Positions 44,076-57,141 of a stretch of 64,000 nucleotides of DNA are shown here, in pieces. This DNA is from an uncultured Gemmatimonadales bacterium. GTDB taxonomy: Bacteria > Gemmatimonadota > Gemmatimonadetes > Longimicrobiales > Gaopeijiaceae. A program made the translations under genes and the position numbers. The stretch lies in assembly GCA_963809895.1 (NCBI GenBank), contig CAWELD010000004.1:64001-128000 (forward strand), written 5' to 3'. Numbering within the stretch: the first letter of the stretch is position 1; each line of letters begins with the position of its first letter. The notes beneath the pieces were generated by a model. It ran no database searches. It saw only the letters and a program-made list of their open reading frames with translations, and was not told the origin of the DNA.

Positions 44076-45448
44076 CAGACCCGCTGACGGGCCACGTCGC
44101 GCCACGCGGCGGACAGGCGTTGCGCGGCGCACTCTTCCTGCTCGTCGGTGAGGCACACCGGCGGAGTGACCTCCACCACCTCGCCGACCTCGCCCGCAGG
44201 GAGCACGAGCACGCCTTCTGCGAGGGCGAGGGCCGCTACGCGGGCGCCGATCCCTTTCGCCGAATGCCCGGCCCCTCCCCGGAGCTCGGTTCCCAGCAGC
44301 AGGCCCAGCCCCCGCACCGAAACGGCGGGCTCCAGGACCCGGGACAGACGGGCCGCAAGACGCGCCCCCAGCGCCTCGGCCCGCTCGGGCAGGCCGTCGG
44401 CCACGGCCTCCAGGACCGCACAACCGGTGGCACACGCCAGCGGATGGCCCAGGAACGTGCTCGTGTGGAGCGCCTCACCGGGCGACTGGGGCCAGGCGTC
44501 CATGACCTCCGCCGGACCGGCGCACGCGCTCAGGGGCAGGCCTCCGCCCAGGACCTTGCCCAGGCACACGAGGTCGGGCTCCATGCCCAGGCGTGACGAC
44601 GCCAGCACGGCCCCGCACCGGCCCAGACCGGTGAAGACCTCGTCGGCGATGAGGATCGCTCCGTGGCGGCGGGCCACCTCGCTCAACGCGCGCCCGAAGC
44701 CACCGGGCATGACGCGCACGCCGGCCCGCGCCTGCACCGGCTCCACGATGACGGCCCCCACCGGATCCCCGTTGGGTGCGCCTCGCCGCAGCACGTCCTC
44801 CAGCGCGTCCAGGACCGCCTCGGGCCGCCGTTCCGGATGCTGGGCGGCCTCGTCGGAGTCCACCTCGGCGGGAAAGGGAACGCGCGCCACGCCCGCGTAG
44901 ATCCGCTCCTGGAAGGGCGTCCGGAAATAGGGCCGGCCCGTGGTGGCCAGCGCACCCAGCGTCAGGCCGTGGTAACCGCCTTCGAAGGCCACGATCCCGG
45001 GCCGGCCCGTGACCATGTGGGCCGTCTTCAGGGCCACCTCCACCGCCTCGCTCCCCGTCGACGCCAGCACCGCGCGCACCTCCGGCCAGGGCAGGAGCCC
45101 GGCGAGCCGCTCGAGGAGCTCCACCTTCACCGCCGTCGGATGCACGTCGCCCATCCCGTGGACCAGCCGAGCCGCCTGCCGCGCCAGCGCTCCGGTCACC
45201 GAGGGCGCGCGATGGCCCAACAGCGCCACGCCGAAGGCCGCGGTCAGATCCAGGTAGACGTTCCCGTCGGCGTCGCGCACGTTGGCGCCCAGCGCCTCTT
45301 CCCAGAACACGGGAAAGGACTCGTCCAGGTAGGTGACGTTGCGCGACTCCACGGCCCGGAGGCGCACCGCCAGTTCGCGTGAGGCGGGGCCCGGCGGGGG
45401 TACGCGCAGCGACGGAAGCTGTGTGCCCGACTCCATGCGGTGATTCAC
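44075..45448 (-). CDS. Class III PLP aminotransferase (GabT/ArgD-like)
   Basis: GSEAVE, YHGLT, VEPVQ, DEVFTGLGR, GKVLGGG, HTSTFLGHP. Confidence 0.92.
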   Translation of the reverse strand: MNHRMESGTQLPSLRVPPPGPASRELAVRLRAVESRNVTYLDESFPVFWEEALGANVRDADGNVYLDLTAAFGVALLGHRAPSVTGALARQAARLVHGMGDVHPTAVKVELLERLAGLLPWPEVRAVLASTGSEAVEVALKTAHMVTGRPGIVAFEGGYHGLTLGALATTGRPYFRTPFQERIYAGVARVPFPAEVDSDEAAQHPERRPEAVLDALEDVLRRGAPNGDPVGAVIVEPVQARAGVRVMPGGFGRALSEVARRHGAILIADEVFTGLGRCGAVLASSRLGMEPDLVCLGKVLGGGLPLSACAGPAEVMDAWPQSPGEALHTSTFLGHPLACATGCAVLEAVADGLPERAEALGARLAARLSRVLEPAVSVRGLGLLLGTELRGGAGHSAKGIGARVAALALAEGVLVLPAGEVGEVVEVTPPVCLTDEQEECAAQRLSAAWRDVARQRV

Positions 45449-45487
45449 GTCGTCTCGGGGAACGGGAGAGCCCCCGACGACGGACCC

Positions 45488-46393
45488 TCAGTCCGAACCG
45501 CCCAGGAGCTCCGGATCGGCAACCATGCCCATGGCGTGGTACCCCATGTCCACATGCAGGGTCTCGCCGGTGACCGCCCGTGCCAGGGGTGAGCACAGAA
45601 ACGCCGCCGCCATGCCCACGTCCTCGGCGGTGTTGCAGTCCGGGAGTGCCGAGTTGGCGGTGTAGTAGTCCACCATGCGGTCGATGGTCCCGATGGCTCG
45701 CGCCGCCCGGCTGGCCAGCGGGCCGGCGCTGATGGTGTTCACACGGATGCCCCACTTGCGGCCGGCCTCGTAGGCCAGGAGCCGGGTGTCGCTCTCCAGC
45801 GCCGCCTTGGCCGAGCTCATGCCGCCGCCGTAGCTCGGGACCACGCGCTCGGCCGCAAGATACGACAGCGACACGACTCCCCCACCCGCACGCATGTGCT
45901 GGCCGAAATGCTGCACCATGCTGACCATGGAGTAGGCGCTGGCGCTGATCGCCGCCAGATACCCGGCCCGCGAGGTCTCCACCAACGGCTTCTTCACCTC
46001 CGGCCCGTTGGCCAGCGAATGGACCAGAACGTCGATGGCCGGGCTCCCGAAGTCCTCCGCCATCTGTGCGGAGACCTCGGAGATGGTGTAGCCCGAGAGA
46101 TCGCGGTAGCGCTTGTCCTCCAGCACCTCGTCCGGGACCTGATCCGGCGTGTCGTAGAGAGCCTCCAGGGGATAGATCTTCTCGATGTCCCACTCGCCTC
46201 CGCCCGGCAGCGAGCGGTCCAGCTTTCCCCGTTCCAGGAGCCGCGTGAAGATGCCCATCGCCGGGGGCCATGTGCCCACGCACACCGATGCGCCGGCGGC
46301 GGCCAGCACCCGGGCGATGGCCCAGCCGTAGCCCTGGTCGTCGGCGACGCCCGCGACGAAGGCACGTTTCCCGGCGAGGTCGATGGAGAGCAT
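45488..46393 (-). CDS. fabI: Enoyl-ACP reductase, plant/chlamydia-type
   Basis: [51 protein letters not shown]. Confidence 0.93.
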   Translation of the reverse strand: MLSIDLAGKRAFVAGVADDQGYGWAIARVLAAAGASVCVGTWPPAMGIFTRLLERGKLDRSLPGGGEWDIEKIYPLEALYDTPDQVPDEVLEDKRYRDLSGYTISEVSAQMAEDFGSPAIDVLVHSLANGPEVKKPLVETSRAGYLAAISASAYSMVSMVQHFGQHMRAGGGVVSLSYLAAERVVPSYGGGMSSAKAALESDTRLLAYEAGRKWGIRVNTISAGPLASRAARAIGTIDRMVDYYTANSALPDCNTAEDVGMAAAFLCSPLARAVTGETLHVDMGYHAMGMVADPELLGGSD

Positions 46394-46532
46394 GCTGGGC
46401 TCCTTCGGCGAGTGTTTGGAGGTGGCGACCGGCACTCGGGCGGTCAGGCCGGAAGGTAGGGAATCGCCCGCCTGCCGTCGACGGCCCAGCGACCGGCCCG
46501 CCTCCACGGCGCCCCGGGCGCAGCGCGCGGGC

Positions 46533-47669
46533 TCAGTCCGGCGCGATATCCCGGATGCGCGTGGAGACCCAGAACAGCAGCGCCGCGGTCACCACCAGCG
46601 CGCCCACGGCTCCGAAGCCCGCGGCCCGCTGCACCCCGTAGATCCACGCGCCGGTGGCCAGCGCCCCGGCGCCCGCCAGCAGCACTCCCCGGGCGTCGGT
46701 GCGGAGCCCGTAGCGCACGGCCCACGCGCCCAGCCCCGCCTGGGCCAGCCCCGTGACCTCGGCCGGCAGGTCCAGCGACTCCATGGTCGTGAACGCCAGC
46801 ATGGGAATGGCCAGGATCACGCACAGGGCCAGCTGGGCGTGGTACCACTCCCGGCGAAACGCCTGCGGAGCCCGATGCAATCCCCAGAGCACCAGCAGGG
46901 TCATGAGCACGAGCCACACGTCGGCGGGCAGGAGCGCCCTCTCCTCCATCTCCATGGGACCGAGCCCCGAGAGGAGCGAAAGCACCAGACCCGCGTACAG
47001 CGCCGCCGCCAGCGCCGCCAGCGTGCCGTCGTCCGGATCGTCCCGGCGTCCCGCCAGCCGCGCCATCAGCGCGGCGATCACCAGCACCAGCATGCCGTCC
47101 AACGCCCACAGGATGGCATTGAAGTCGATGTCCAGCGCCCGGTGCAGGAAGGTCGCCGCGAAGGGAAACGCGAAGGCGGTGTGGAGCGCAAGCGTGGCGG
47201 GGTGCCGTCCCCGCTGACCGCTCACCAGGATCGCCATCGGGGTGGCCAGCGCCAGGATGCCCATGACCACACCGCCGGTGGTGGCGTTGGCCCACGCGTT
47301 CCACGAGCCCAGCTCCGCAACCAGCAGCACCGCGAATCCCCCGGCTTGCAACAGCAGCGCCGACGGATACCACAGGCCCTTCCACTCCAGCCCGGCGCCC
47401 AGCGCGTACGCCGCGGCGCCGGCCGCGAGCAGGATGGCGTTCTGCTGTGCCATGCTCAGCAACGGCCAGGTGCGATCCACGAAGAAGACCGCCGCCAGGA
47501 ACAGCACGAAGGCGCCGACCCCCGCCAGCAGATAGCGGGCGTCCCGACGCGTTTCTTCGGTCCGGTGCCGGTGTTCCTCGTCGCCGAGACGCTGCGCGGT
47601 GTCGGCGTCCAGCAGCCCCTTGTGCACCCACCGCTCGAGCGCGGTCTCCACGTGTCGTCGCAGGCGCAT
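46533..47669 (-). CDS. Polytopic membrane protein (DUF2157-like)
   Basis: [19 protein letters not shown]-terminus followed by many TM segments. Confidence 0.75.
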   Translation of the reverse strand: MRLRRHVETALERWVHKGLLDADTAQRLGDEEHRHRTEETRRDARYLLAGVGAFVLFLAAVFFVDRTWPLLSMAQQNAILLAAGAAAYALGAGLEWKGLWYPSALLLQAGGFAVLLVAELGSWNAWANATTGGVVMGILALATPMAILVSGQRGRHPATLALHTAFAFPFAATFLHRALDIDFNAILWALDGMLVLVIAALMARLAGRRDDPDDGTLAALAAALYAGLVLSLLSGLGPMEMEERALLPADVWLVLMTLLVLWGLHRAPQAFRREWYHAQLALCVILAIPMLAFTTMESLDLPAEVTGLAQAGLGAWAVRYGLRTDARGVLLAGAGALATGAWIYGVQRAAGFGAVGALVVTAALLFWVSTRIRDIAPD

Positions 47670-47853
47670 GTGCCCTCCTCGTTGCCGAAAGCTGCGGCAG
47701 GAGCACACGGCCCCACAAGGAACGCCTGGCAGGCAGGCGGCCCGTAGCGCGCCGGGGTGGAGGGCCCGCGCCCTCTCCGGTAGCTTTCAGGGGCCGGGTC
47801 CGACCTCCTCCCTGCCGGGCCAATCGCACCTCATTTGCATCGGGGGCCTGACC

Positions 47854-49131
47854 GTGTGGGACAAGACCAGGAAGCGCCGGATCGGAGAGCACCAGCTCCG
47901 GCCCGAAAGCCTGATGATGAGCTACGGGTACGAGCCCGAGTGGTCCGAGGGAGCGGCCAAGCCGCCGATCTTCCAGACCTCGACCTTCGTCTTCAAGACG
48001 GCCGAGGAAGGCAAGGCCTTCTTCGAGATCGCCTACGGTCTGCGTGAGAAGCGCGGCGACGAGACGCTGGGGCTCATCTATTCGCGCCTCAACAACCCCT
48101 CGCTGGAGATCCTGGAAGATCGTCTCACGCTGTGGGACGAAGCCGAGGCCGCGGCGGCTTTCGAGAGCGGCATGGCCTCCATCGCCACCACCGCCTTCAC
48201 CTTCCTGAGGCCCGACCAGGTGCTGGCCTTCAGCGAGCCGGTCTACGGCGGCACCGAATACCTCTTCCACGAGGTCCTCCCCCAGTTCGGGATCGAGACG
48301 GTCCCGTTCCGCGCGTGGGAAGGCCGGGCAGGACTGGAGCGCGCGCTGGGCGAGGGCGACCGCCGCCAGCGGCTGGCCATGATCTACGTGGAGACGCCGG
48401 CCAATCCCACCAACCACCTGGTGGACATCGCCATGTGCGCCGAGATCGCCCGGGAGTGCTCCGACGACGAGCGCCGGGTACTGGTGGCCGTGGACAACAC
48501 GTTCCTGGGCCCCCTCTGGCAGCACCCGCTCAAGCTCGGGGCCGATCTGGTGCTCTACTCCCTCACCAAGTTCGTGGGAGGGCATTCGGACCTCATCGCC
48601 GGCGCCGCCCTGGGCAGCGAAGATCTGATCTCACAGATCAAGGCCACCCGCACCTTCTTCGGGAGCATGGCCGGCCCCTGGACCGGCTGGCTCCTGATGC
48701 GCAGCATGGAAACCCTGAAGCTGCGCATGACGAGTCAGATGAAGAACGCCCGTTACGTGGCGGACTTTCTGGTGGATCATCCCCGGGTGGACAAGGTCCA
48801 CTATCTGGGCCACATAACCGAGGGCGACCCCGGCTACGAGGTCTATCGACGGCAGTGCCTCAGCCCCGGATCCATGATCAGCTTCGACCTGCACGGTGGA
48901 GAGGAGGAGGCGTTCCGCTTCCTCAACGCGCTCAAGCTCGTGAAGCTGGCCGTCAGCCTGGGCGGGACGGAGTCGCTGGCGGAGCACCCGGGCACCATGA
49001 CCCACTCCGACGTACCGTCGGAAGACCAGGCGCGCATGGGGATCACCCCGTCCATGGTGCGGCTCAGCGTCGGTGTGGAGCACCCCGAGGACCTCATCGC
49101 CGACCTGGCCCAGGCGCTGGACGCGGTGTAG
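47854..49131 (+). CDS. Cys/Met metabolism PLP enzyme (cystathionine gamma-synthase/methionine gamma-lyase family)
   Basis: PPIFQTSTF, YSRLNNP, ETPANPT, VDNTF, YSLTKFVGGHSD, AVSLGGTESL. Confidence 0.92.
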   Translation: MWDKTRKRRIGEHQLRPESLMMSYGYEPEWSEGAAKPPIFQTSTFVFKTAEEGKAFFEIAYGLREKRGDETLGLIYSRLNNPSLEILEDRLTLWDEAEAAAAFESGMASIATTAFTFLRPDQVLAFSEPVYGGTEYLFHEVLPQFGIETVPFRAWEGRAGLERALGEGDRRQRLAMIYVETPANPTNHLVDIAMCAEIARECSDDERRVLVAVDNTFLGPLWQHPLKLGADLVLYSLTKFVGGHSDLIAGAALGSEDLISQIKATRTFFGSMAGPWTGWLLMRSMETLKLRMTSQMKNARYVADFLVDHPRVDKVHYLGHITEGDPGYEVYRRQCLSPGSMISFDLHGGEEEAFRFLNALKLVKLAVSLGGTESLAEHPGTMTHSDVPSEDQARMGITPSMVRLSVGVEHPEDLIADLAQALDAV

Positions 49132-49160
49132 GCACACCCTCACCCTCACCCGGGAGCCGC

Positions 49161-50549
49161 ATGTCGGAGATCATCGAGCCGTTCCGCATCAAGGTGGTGG
49201 AGCCCATCCGCATGACGGACCGGCGCGAGCGGCACGACTGCCTGGTGGAGGCGGGCTACAACGTCTTCAAGCTCCGGGCCGAGGACGTGCTCATCGACCT
49301 GCTCACCGACTCCGGCACCTCGGCCATGAGCGCCGATCAGTGGTCGTCGCTCATGCGGGGCGACGAGTCCTACGCGGGCAGCCGGTCGTTCTTCCGCTTC
49401 CGCGACGTGGTGCGGGACCTCACGGGCTTCTCCCACGTGATCCCCACCCACCAGGGACGCGCGGCGGAGCGCATCCTGTTCTCCACGGTCTGCGAGCCCG
49501 GCGACGTGGTGCCCAACAACACGCACTTCGACACCACCCGGGCCAACGTGGAGGCCAGCGGAGCGCGGGCTGTCGACCTGCCCTCGCCCCAGGGGCTGGT
49601 GCCCTCCGAGCCGCACCCCTTCAAGGGCGACATGGACGTGGACGGGCTGAGGGCGCTCATCGACGAGGTGGGCCCCGAGCGCATCCCCCTGTGCATGGTG
49701 ACGGTCACCAACAACACCGGGGGCGGGCAGCCGGTGTCCATGGCCAACCTGGAAGCCGTCTCGGCCGTGTGTCGGGACCACGGCATCCCCCTCTATCTCG
49801 ACGCCTGCCGCTTCGCCGAGAACGCCTTCTTCATCAAGGAGCGCGAGGAGGGCTGGTCCGACGTGCCGGTCATCGATATCGCCCGGCGCATGTTCCGGCT
49901 CACCGACGGCTGCACCATGTCGGCCAAGAAGGACGGACTGGCCAACATCGGCGGCTTCCTGGCCACCAACGATCCGGGGCTGGCCCGGCAGGAGGAGAAC
50001 CTCCTCATTCTCACCGAGGGATTCCCCACGTACGGCGGTCTGGCCGGGCGGGATCTGGAGGCCATCGCCACCGGCCTGGAAGAGGTGGTGCACGAGGACT
50101 ATCTCACCTACCGGATCGCCTCGGTGCGCTACCTGGGTGAGCACGTGGCCGCCGAGGGCGTGCCCATCATGCAGCCGCCCGGCGGCCACGCGGTCTACCT
50201 GGACGCCGCCGCCTTCCTGCCCCACGTGCCGCGCACCGAGTTACCGGGCCAGGCGCTGGTGGCGGAGCTCTACCTCGAGGGTGGGGTGCGGGGCGTGGAG
50301 GTGGGCACGGTCATGTTCGGCCACACGGATCCCGACAGCGGCGAGGAGGTGCCGTCGCGCATGGAGCTGGTGCGGCTGGCCGTGCCTCGTCGGGTCTACA
50401 CCGAGAGTCAGATCAAGTACGTCATCGACGTGATCCTGACCGTGTGGGGGCGCCGCGACCGCATCGGCGGCTTCCGCTTCGTGGAGCAGGAGCCGGTGCT
50501 GCGTCACTTCACCGCGCGCTTCGAGCCCCTCTACGAGATGGAGGCCTGA
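49161..50549 (+). CDS. tnaA: Tryptophanase
   Basis: EPFRIKVVE, DLLTDSGT, HQGRAAE, MSAKKD; HFDTT and LRHFTA favour tryptophanase over tyrosine phenol-lyase. Confidence 0.9.
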   Translation: MSEIIEPFRIKVVEPIRMTDRRERHDCLVEAGYNVFKLRAEDVLIDLLTDSGTSAMSADQWSSLMRGDESYAGSRSFFRFRDVVRDLTGFSHVIPTHQGRAAERILFSTVCEPGDVVPNNTHFDTTRANVEASGARAVDLPSPQGLVPSEPHPFKGDMDVDGLRALIDEVGPERIPLCMVTVTNNTGGGQPVSMANLEAVSAVCRDHGIPLYLDACRFAENAFFIKEREEGWSDVPVIDIARRMFRLTDGCTMSAKKDGLANIGGFLATNDPGLARQEENLLILTEGFPTYGGLAGRDLEAIATGLEEVVHEDYLTYRIASVRYLGEHVAAEGVPIMQPPGGHAVYLDAAAFLPHVPRTELPGQALVAELYLEGGVRGVEVGTVMFGHTDPDSGEEVPSRMELVRLAVPRRVYTESQIKYVIDVILTVWGRRDRIGGFRFVEQEPVLRHFTARFEPLYEMEA

Positions 50550-50610
50550 GGGGCCTGGAGGGCAGAGCGCCGTCGCCGGCGCGCCGGGCCGAGGACCCAT
50601 CCCCCCGATC

Positions 50611-51579
50611 TCAGAAGCGGAACAGCCAGAACCCCAGCGCGGCGTAGACCGCGAGCAGGATGGCGCCCTCCCACCGCCGGATGCGATGGGCGCTGCGAGT
50701 CACCGGAAAGGCCAGCAACGAGATCATGAGCACCGCCGGCAGCTCCTGCGTCAGGACGCTGCTCCTCACCTCGATGGGCTGCACCAGCGAGGTGATGCCC
50801 AGAATGGCCGTCAGGTTGAAGATGTTGGAGCCGATGATGTTGCCCACGGCGATGTCGGCCTCCTTGCGGATGGCCGCCACCAGCGACGTGGCGAGCTCGG
50901 GAAGCGACGTGCCGATGGCCACCACCGTGAGGCCGATGACGATCTGGGGAACTCCCGCCGCTTCTCCCAGGAAGCGCGCGGAACGGACGATGGCGGTGCC
51001 TCCCAGGACCAGGCCCACCGATCCCCCCAGGACCAGCCCTACGTCCGCGAACCCCAGCCGCGACTCCGAGTGCGTCACCTGCTTGGCGAACGCCTCGTAT
51101 TCTCCCACCACCTCGGGGGTCTCCTCGCCTGCGGCGCGGTTCACGAAGAGCACGTAGAGGGTCAGGATCATGACGAGGATGAGCCCGTCGGGCCGCGTGA
51201 GCCGGCCGTCCAGGACCAGCGGAAAGATGAGCAGGGTCACCCCGATCATGATGGGGATCTCGCGCGATACCACGCGGCCCGCGACCTCCAGGGGACGGAT
51301 GATGGCGGTGAGACCCAGGATCAGGCCGATGTTGGCCAGGTTCGAGCCCATGACGTTGCCCATGGCCAGGTCGCTGTCTCCGTGCATGGCCGCGACCATG
51401 CACACCACCATCTCGGGCGCGGAGGTGCCCAGAGAGACCACGGTCAACCCCACCACGATGGGCTTCACGCCCAGAGACGACGCCAGGCGGGCGGCGCCGC
51501 GCACGAGCCACTCCGCCCCGAAATAGAGGACGGCGATGCCGCCCACCAGGAGCAGGATGTTGGCCGTGAGCTGACTCAT
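50611..51579 (-). CDS. Calcium/sodium antiporter (YrbG-like, CaCA family)
   Basis: Duplicated alpha repeats GTSAPE...GSN and GTSLPE...GSNIFN. Confidence 0.93.
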   Translation of the reverse strand: MSQLTANILLLVGGIAVLYFGAEWLVRGAARLASSLGVKPIVVGLTVVSLGTSAPEMVVCMVAAMHGDSDLAMGNVMGSNLANIGLILGLTAIIRPLEVAGRVVSREIPIMIGVTLLIFPLVLDGRLTRPDGLILVMILTLYVLFVNRAAGEETPEVVGEYEAFAKQVTHSESRLGFADVGLVLGGSVGLVLGGTAIVRSARFLGEAAGVPQIVIGLTVVAIGTSLPELATSLVAAIRKEADIAVGNIIGSNIFNLTAILGITSLVQPIEVRSSVLTQELPAVLMISLLAFPVTRSAHRIRRWEGAILLAVYAALGFWLFRF

Positions 51580-51583
51580 CCCC

Positions 51584-53347
51584 TCACCTCCGCCTCGCCA
51601 GCCAGGCCGTCACCTCGTCCACCGGACGCGTGTTCAGCACGTGCTCCGGCTCGAGCCAGCCACGGCGGGCCTGGTCCACCCCGTAGCGTAGCACGTCCAG
51701 ACCACGAACTTCGTGGGCGTCGGTGTCGATGACCACCCTGACACCCAACTCCCGCGCCCGGAACACCTGCCGGTCGTTGAGGTCCAGCCGCCGCGGATGG
51801 GCGTTGATCTCCACCGCCACGTCGTGCTCGGCGCACGCCTGCAGCACCGCCTCGACGTCCACGGCGTAGGGCTCGCGGCGCCCCAGCAGACGGCCGGTGC
51901 CGTGCCCCAGGATGTCCACGTGCGGATGCGAGACCGCCCGGATGATCCGACGCGTCATGGTGTCGCGATCCTGGTCCATGAAGGAGTGGACCGACGCCAC
52001 CACCACGTCCAGCTCCGCTAGCACGTCGTCGGGCTGATCCAGGGTGCCGTCCTTGAGGATGTCCACCTCCTGGCCCCGGAAGATGCGGATGGCGTCGCCC
52101 ATCTCGTCCTGGACCGCGGCGATCTCCTCCCACTGCTCCCGGAGCTTCTCCGGCGTGAGCCCCCCGACCATGGTCACGGCCTTGGAGTGGTCCGTGATCG
52201 CCATGTACGCGTAGCCCCGCTCCACGCAGCCGCGAGCCATCTCCAGGACCGAAGCCTTGCCGTCGGTCCAGGTCGTGTGCATGTGCAGGTCGCCCCGGAT
52301 GTCGTCGGGCGTCAGCAGATGCGGAAGCGTGCCCTGGCGGGCCGCCTCCACCTCGCCCCGGTCCTCCCGGAGCTCGGGCGGAATCCACGCCAGGTCCAAC
52401 GCACCGAAGACCTCCTCCTCGGTGGCGCCGGCCACCCGCTCGCCCTCGTCCTTGGCCAGGCTGTCCGGATCCACTCCCTCCGGCACACGGAAGACACCCC
52501 ACTCGTTGATGCGCAGCCCCCGCTTCACCCCCAGCGTGCGGATGCGGACGTTGTGCTCCTTGGACCCCGTGAAGTAGTGGAGAGCGGCGCCGTACGACCG
52601 CCCCGGAATCACGCGCATGTCCACCGACAGCCCCGACCGCAGCACGATGTTGCCCTTGGTCGGTCCGGCGGCTTCCACGCGCACGGCACCCGCAAACGCC
52701 GTGAAGTGATCGACCACGGCGCGACCGTCGCCGTCACACGCCGCGAGCAGGTCCACGTCGCCCACGGTCTCCCGTCGCCGACGATAGCTTCCGGCCACCT
52801 CGATCCGGTCCACCCCCGGGGCGCGTTCCATGTGCTCCAGCAGCGACCGGATGTAGGGCTCGGCCTCGGCCCGCAGAAAGCGGCCCTGCTGCTTGCGGTG
52901 GTCCTCGATGGCCTGACGCATCTTGGCGACGCTGCGGGCGCCGAAGCCCTTGAGCACCTCCACCGTGCCCTTGTCGATCTCGGCCTCCAGCCCCTCCACC
53001 GACTCCACGCCGAGCTCGTCGAAGAGCTGCTTGGCCTTCTTGGGACCCACCCCGTCGAGTCGGGTCAGCTCGGCCAGGGTGCGGGGCACCTCGCGGGTGA
53101 CCTCGTTCAGCGTGGACAGCTGCCCGGTCTGCAGGAGCTCGCGGATGTGGCGGTCCATCTCCTTGCCCACGCCCTGCAGCTCCGTGAGGTCCTCGCCGGC
53201 CTCCACCAGATCCTGCAGCGAGCGGGTGAGAGCGCGCACCGTGCGCACGGCGTTCCGGTAGGCGCGGATCCGGAACGGATTGGCGCCCTGGATCTCCAGG
53301 AGGTCGGCCGTCTCTTCCAGCACCCGGGCGATGTCCAGGTTCTCCAT
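51584..53347 (-). CDS. polX: DNA polymerase X with PHP domain
   Basis: NPFRIRAY, GSYRR..ETVGDVD, YFTGSKEHN, GDLHMHT, TDHS, DTDAH. Confidence 0.95.
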   Translation of the reverse strand: MENLDIARVLEETADLLEIQGANPFRIRAYRNAVRTVRALTRSLQDLVEAGEDLTELQGVGKEMDRHIRELLQTGQLSTLNEVTREVPRTLAELTRLDGVGPKKAKQLFDELGVESVEGLEAEIDKGTVEVLKGFGARSVAKMRQAIEDHRKQQGRFLRAEAEPYIRSLLEHMERAPGVDRIEVAGSYRRRRETVGDVDLLAACDGDGRAVVDHFTAFAGAVRVEAAGPTKGNIVLRSGLSVDMRVIPGRSYGAALHYFTGSKEHNVRIRTLGVKRGLRINEWGVFRVPEGVDPDSLAKDEGERVAGATEEEVFGALDLAWIPPELREDRGEVEAARQGTLPHLLTPDDIRGDLHMHTTWTDGKASVLEMARGCVERGYAYMAITDHSKAVTMVGGLTPEKLREQWEEIAAVQDEMGDAIRIFRGQEVDILKDGTLDQPDDVLAELDVVVASVHSFMDQDRDTMTRRIIRAVSHPHVDILGHGTGRLLGRREPYAVDVEAVLQACAEHDVAVEINAHPRRLDLNDRQVFRARELGVRVVIDTDAHEVRGLDVLRYGVDQARRGWLEPEHVLNTRPVDEVTAWLARRR

Positions 53348-53384
53348 CAGCCGCCCCCACCCCGTCCGCCACCGACACCCCGCC

Positions 53385-55782
<2,398 letters not shown>

Positions 55783-55878
55783 CCATCCATATGCGGCCTA
55801 TGAACTTGGACGGCAGTGGGTTGGGGCGGCACGGCCCCGTCCCCGAGATCACACTCGTGCCCGGAAGTGGAGGACGTC

Positions 55879-57075
55879 GTGTCGGACCCTGATCTCGACC
55901 TCACCAGACTGCGGGCGGAGACGCCGGGGGCAGCCCATTGCACCCACCTGAACAACGCGGGTGCCTCGCTCATGCCAGCCCCGGTGCTGGCGGCGATCCG
56001 TGCCCATCTCGAGCTGGAAGCCCACATGGGTGGATACGAAGCCGCCGACCGGGTCGCCGGCGAGGTCGCTGCGGTCTACGACGCCGTGGCCCAGCTCCTG
56101 GACACAACCCCGGGCAACGTGGCCATCACCGAGAACGCGACCGCCTCGTTCCAACAGGCCCTCTCCAGCGTTCCGTTCCGCCCGGGCGACGTGCTGCTCA
56201 CCACGACCAACGACTACGTCTCGAACCAGATCCAGTATCTGTCGCTGGAGCGGCGCATGGGCATCGAGGTGGTGCGGGCGCCGGATCGTCCCGACGGCGG
56301 CGTCGATCCGCTGGCCATGGCCGAGCTCATCCACCGCCGACGGCCACGTCTGGTGGCGGTCACCCACGTGCCCACCAGCTCGGGCCTGGTACAGGACGTG
56401 ACCGCCGTGGGCGAGATCTGCCGGAGCGAGGGCGTCCTCTATCTCGTGGACGCGTGCCAGTCCGTGGGTCAGATGCCGGTGAGCGTGGCCGAGCTCCGCT
56501 GCGACTTCCTCTCGGGCACGGCACGCAAGTTCCTCAGGGGACCCCGAGGCGTGGGCTTTCTCTACGTGTCCGACCGCGTCCTGGACTCGGACCTGGAGCC
56601 GCTGTTCCCGGATCTGCGCGGCGCGGACTGGGTCGACGACCGACTCTACCAGCCCGCGCCCGACGCGCGCCGGTTCGAGAACTGGGAGTTCCCGTATGCG
56701 CTCGTGCTCGGGTTCGGGGCCGCGGTCCGGTACGCGCTGGACGTGGGGCTGCAGGCGGCCGCCGTCCGTGCCCGGGCGCTCGCCGGCCGGTTGCGAGAGG
56801 GTCTGTCGTCGCTACCCGGGGTCCAGGTCCTCGACCGTGGCCCGGAGCTGTGCGCCATCGTCACCGCCGCCGTTCCGTCGTGGACCGCCCGGGAGCTCAT
56901 GCTGGATCTGCGGCGTGAAGCCATTCACACCAGCGTCCTGACGCGAGAGGCTGCGGTGCTGGACTTCGACGACAAGGGGGTGGAGGATGCGCTCCGCCTG
57001 TCACCCCACTACTACAACACGGACGAGGAAGTGGACCGCGCCCTGTCTGCGCTGGAGTCCCGGTTGCCGAGCTGA
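55879..57075 (+). CDS. Class V PLP-dependent enzyme (cysteine desulfurase/C-S lyase-like)
   Basis: HLNNAGAS, VDACQSVG, SGTARKFLRGPRG, RLSPHYYN; GGAGGA RBS. Confidence 0.9.
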   Translation: MSDPDLDLTRLRAETPGAAHCTHLNNAGASLMPAPVLAAIRAHLELEAHMGGYEAADRVAGEVAAVYDAVAQLLDTTPGNVAITENATASFQQALSSVPFRPGDVLLTTTNDYVSNQIQYLSLERRMGIEVVRAPDRPDGGVDPLAMAELIHRRRPRLVAVTHVPTSSGLVQDVTAVGEICRSEGVLYLVDACQSVGQMPVSVAELRCDFLSGTARKFLRGPRGVGFLYVSDRVLDSDLEPLFPDLRGADWVDDRLYQPAPDARRFENWEFPYALVLGFGAAVRYALDVGLQAAAVRARALAGRLREGLSSLPGVQVLDRGPELCAIVTAAVPSWTARELMLDLRREAIHTSVLTREAAVLDFDDKGVEDALRLSPHYYNTDEEVDRALSALESRLPS

Positions 57076-57141
57076 ACCTTGTGCTCGGGCCGTTCGGGTG
57101 AAGAAGTTCGCACAGCCCTCCGTACCCTGTCTGAACCCTGA

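Noticed and set aside
47670..47853. SAM riboswitch upstream of the Met/Cys enzyme
   Set aside because: No SAM-I or SAM-II consensus elements visible
48132..50549. 805-aa extended tryptophanase ORF
   Set aside because: The upstream part is an alternate frame of the Cys/Met lyase gene; tnaA starts at 49161 after a GGAG RBS
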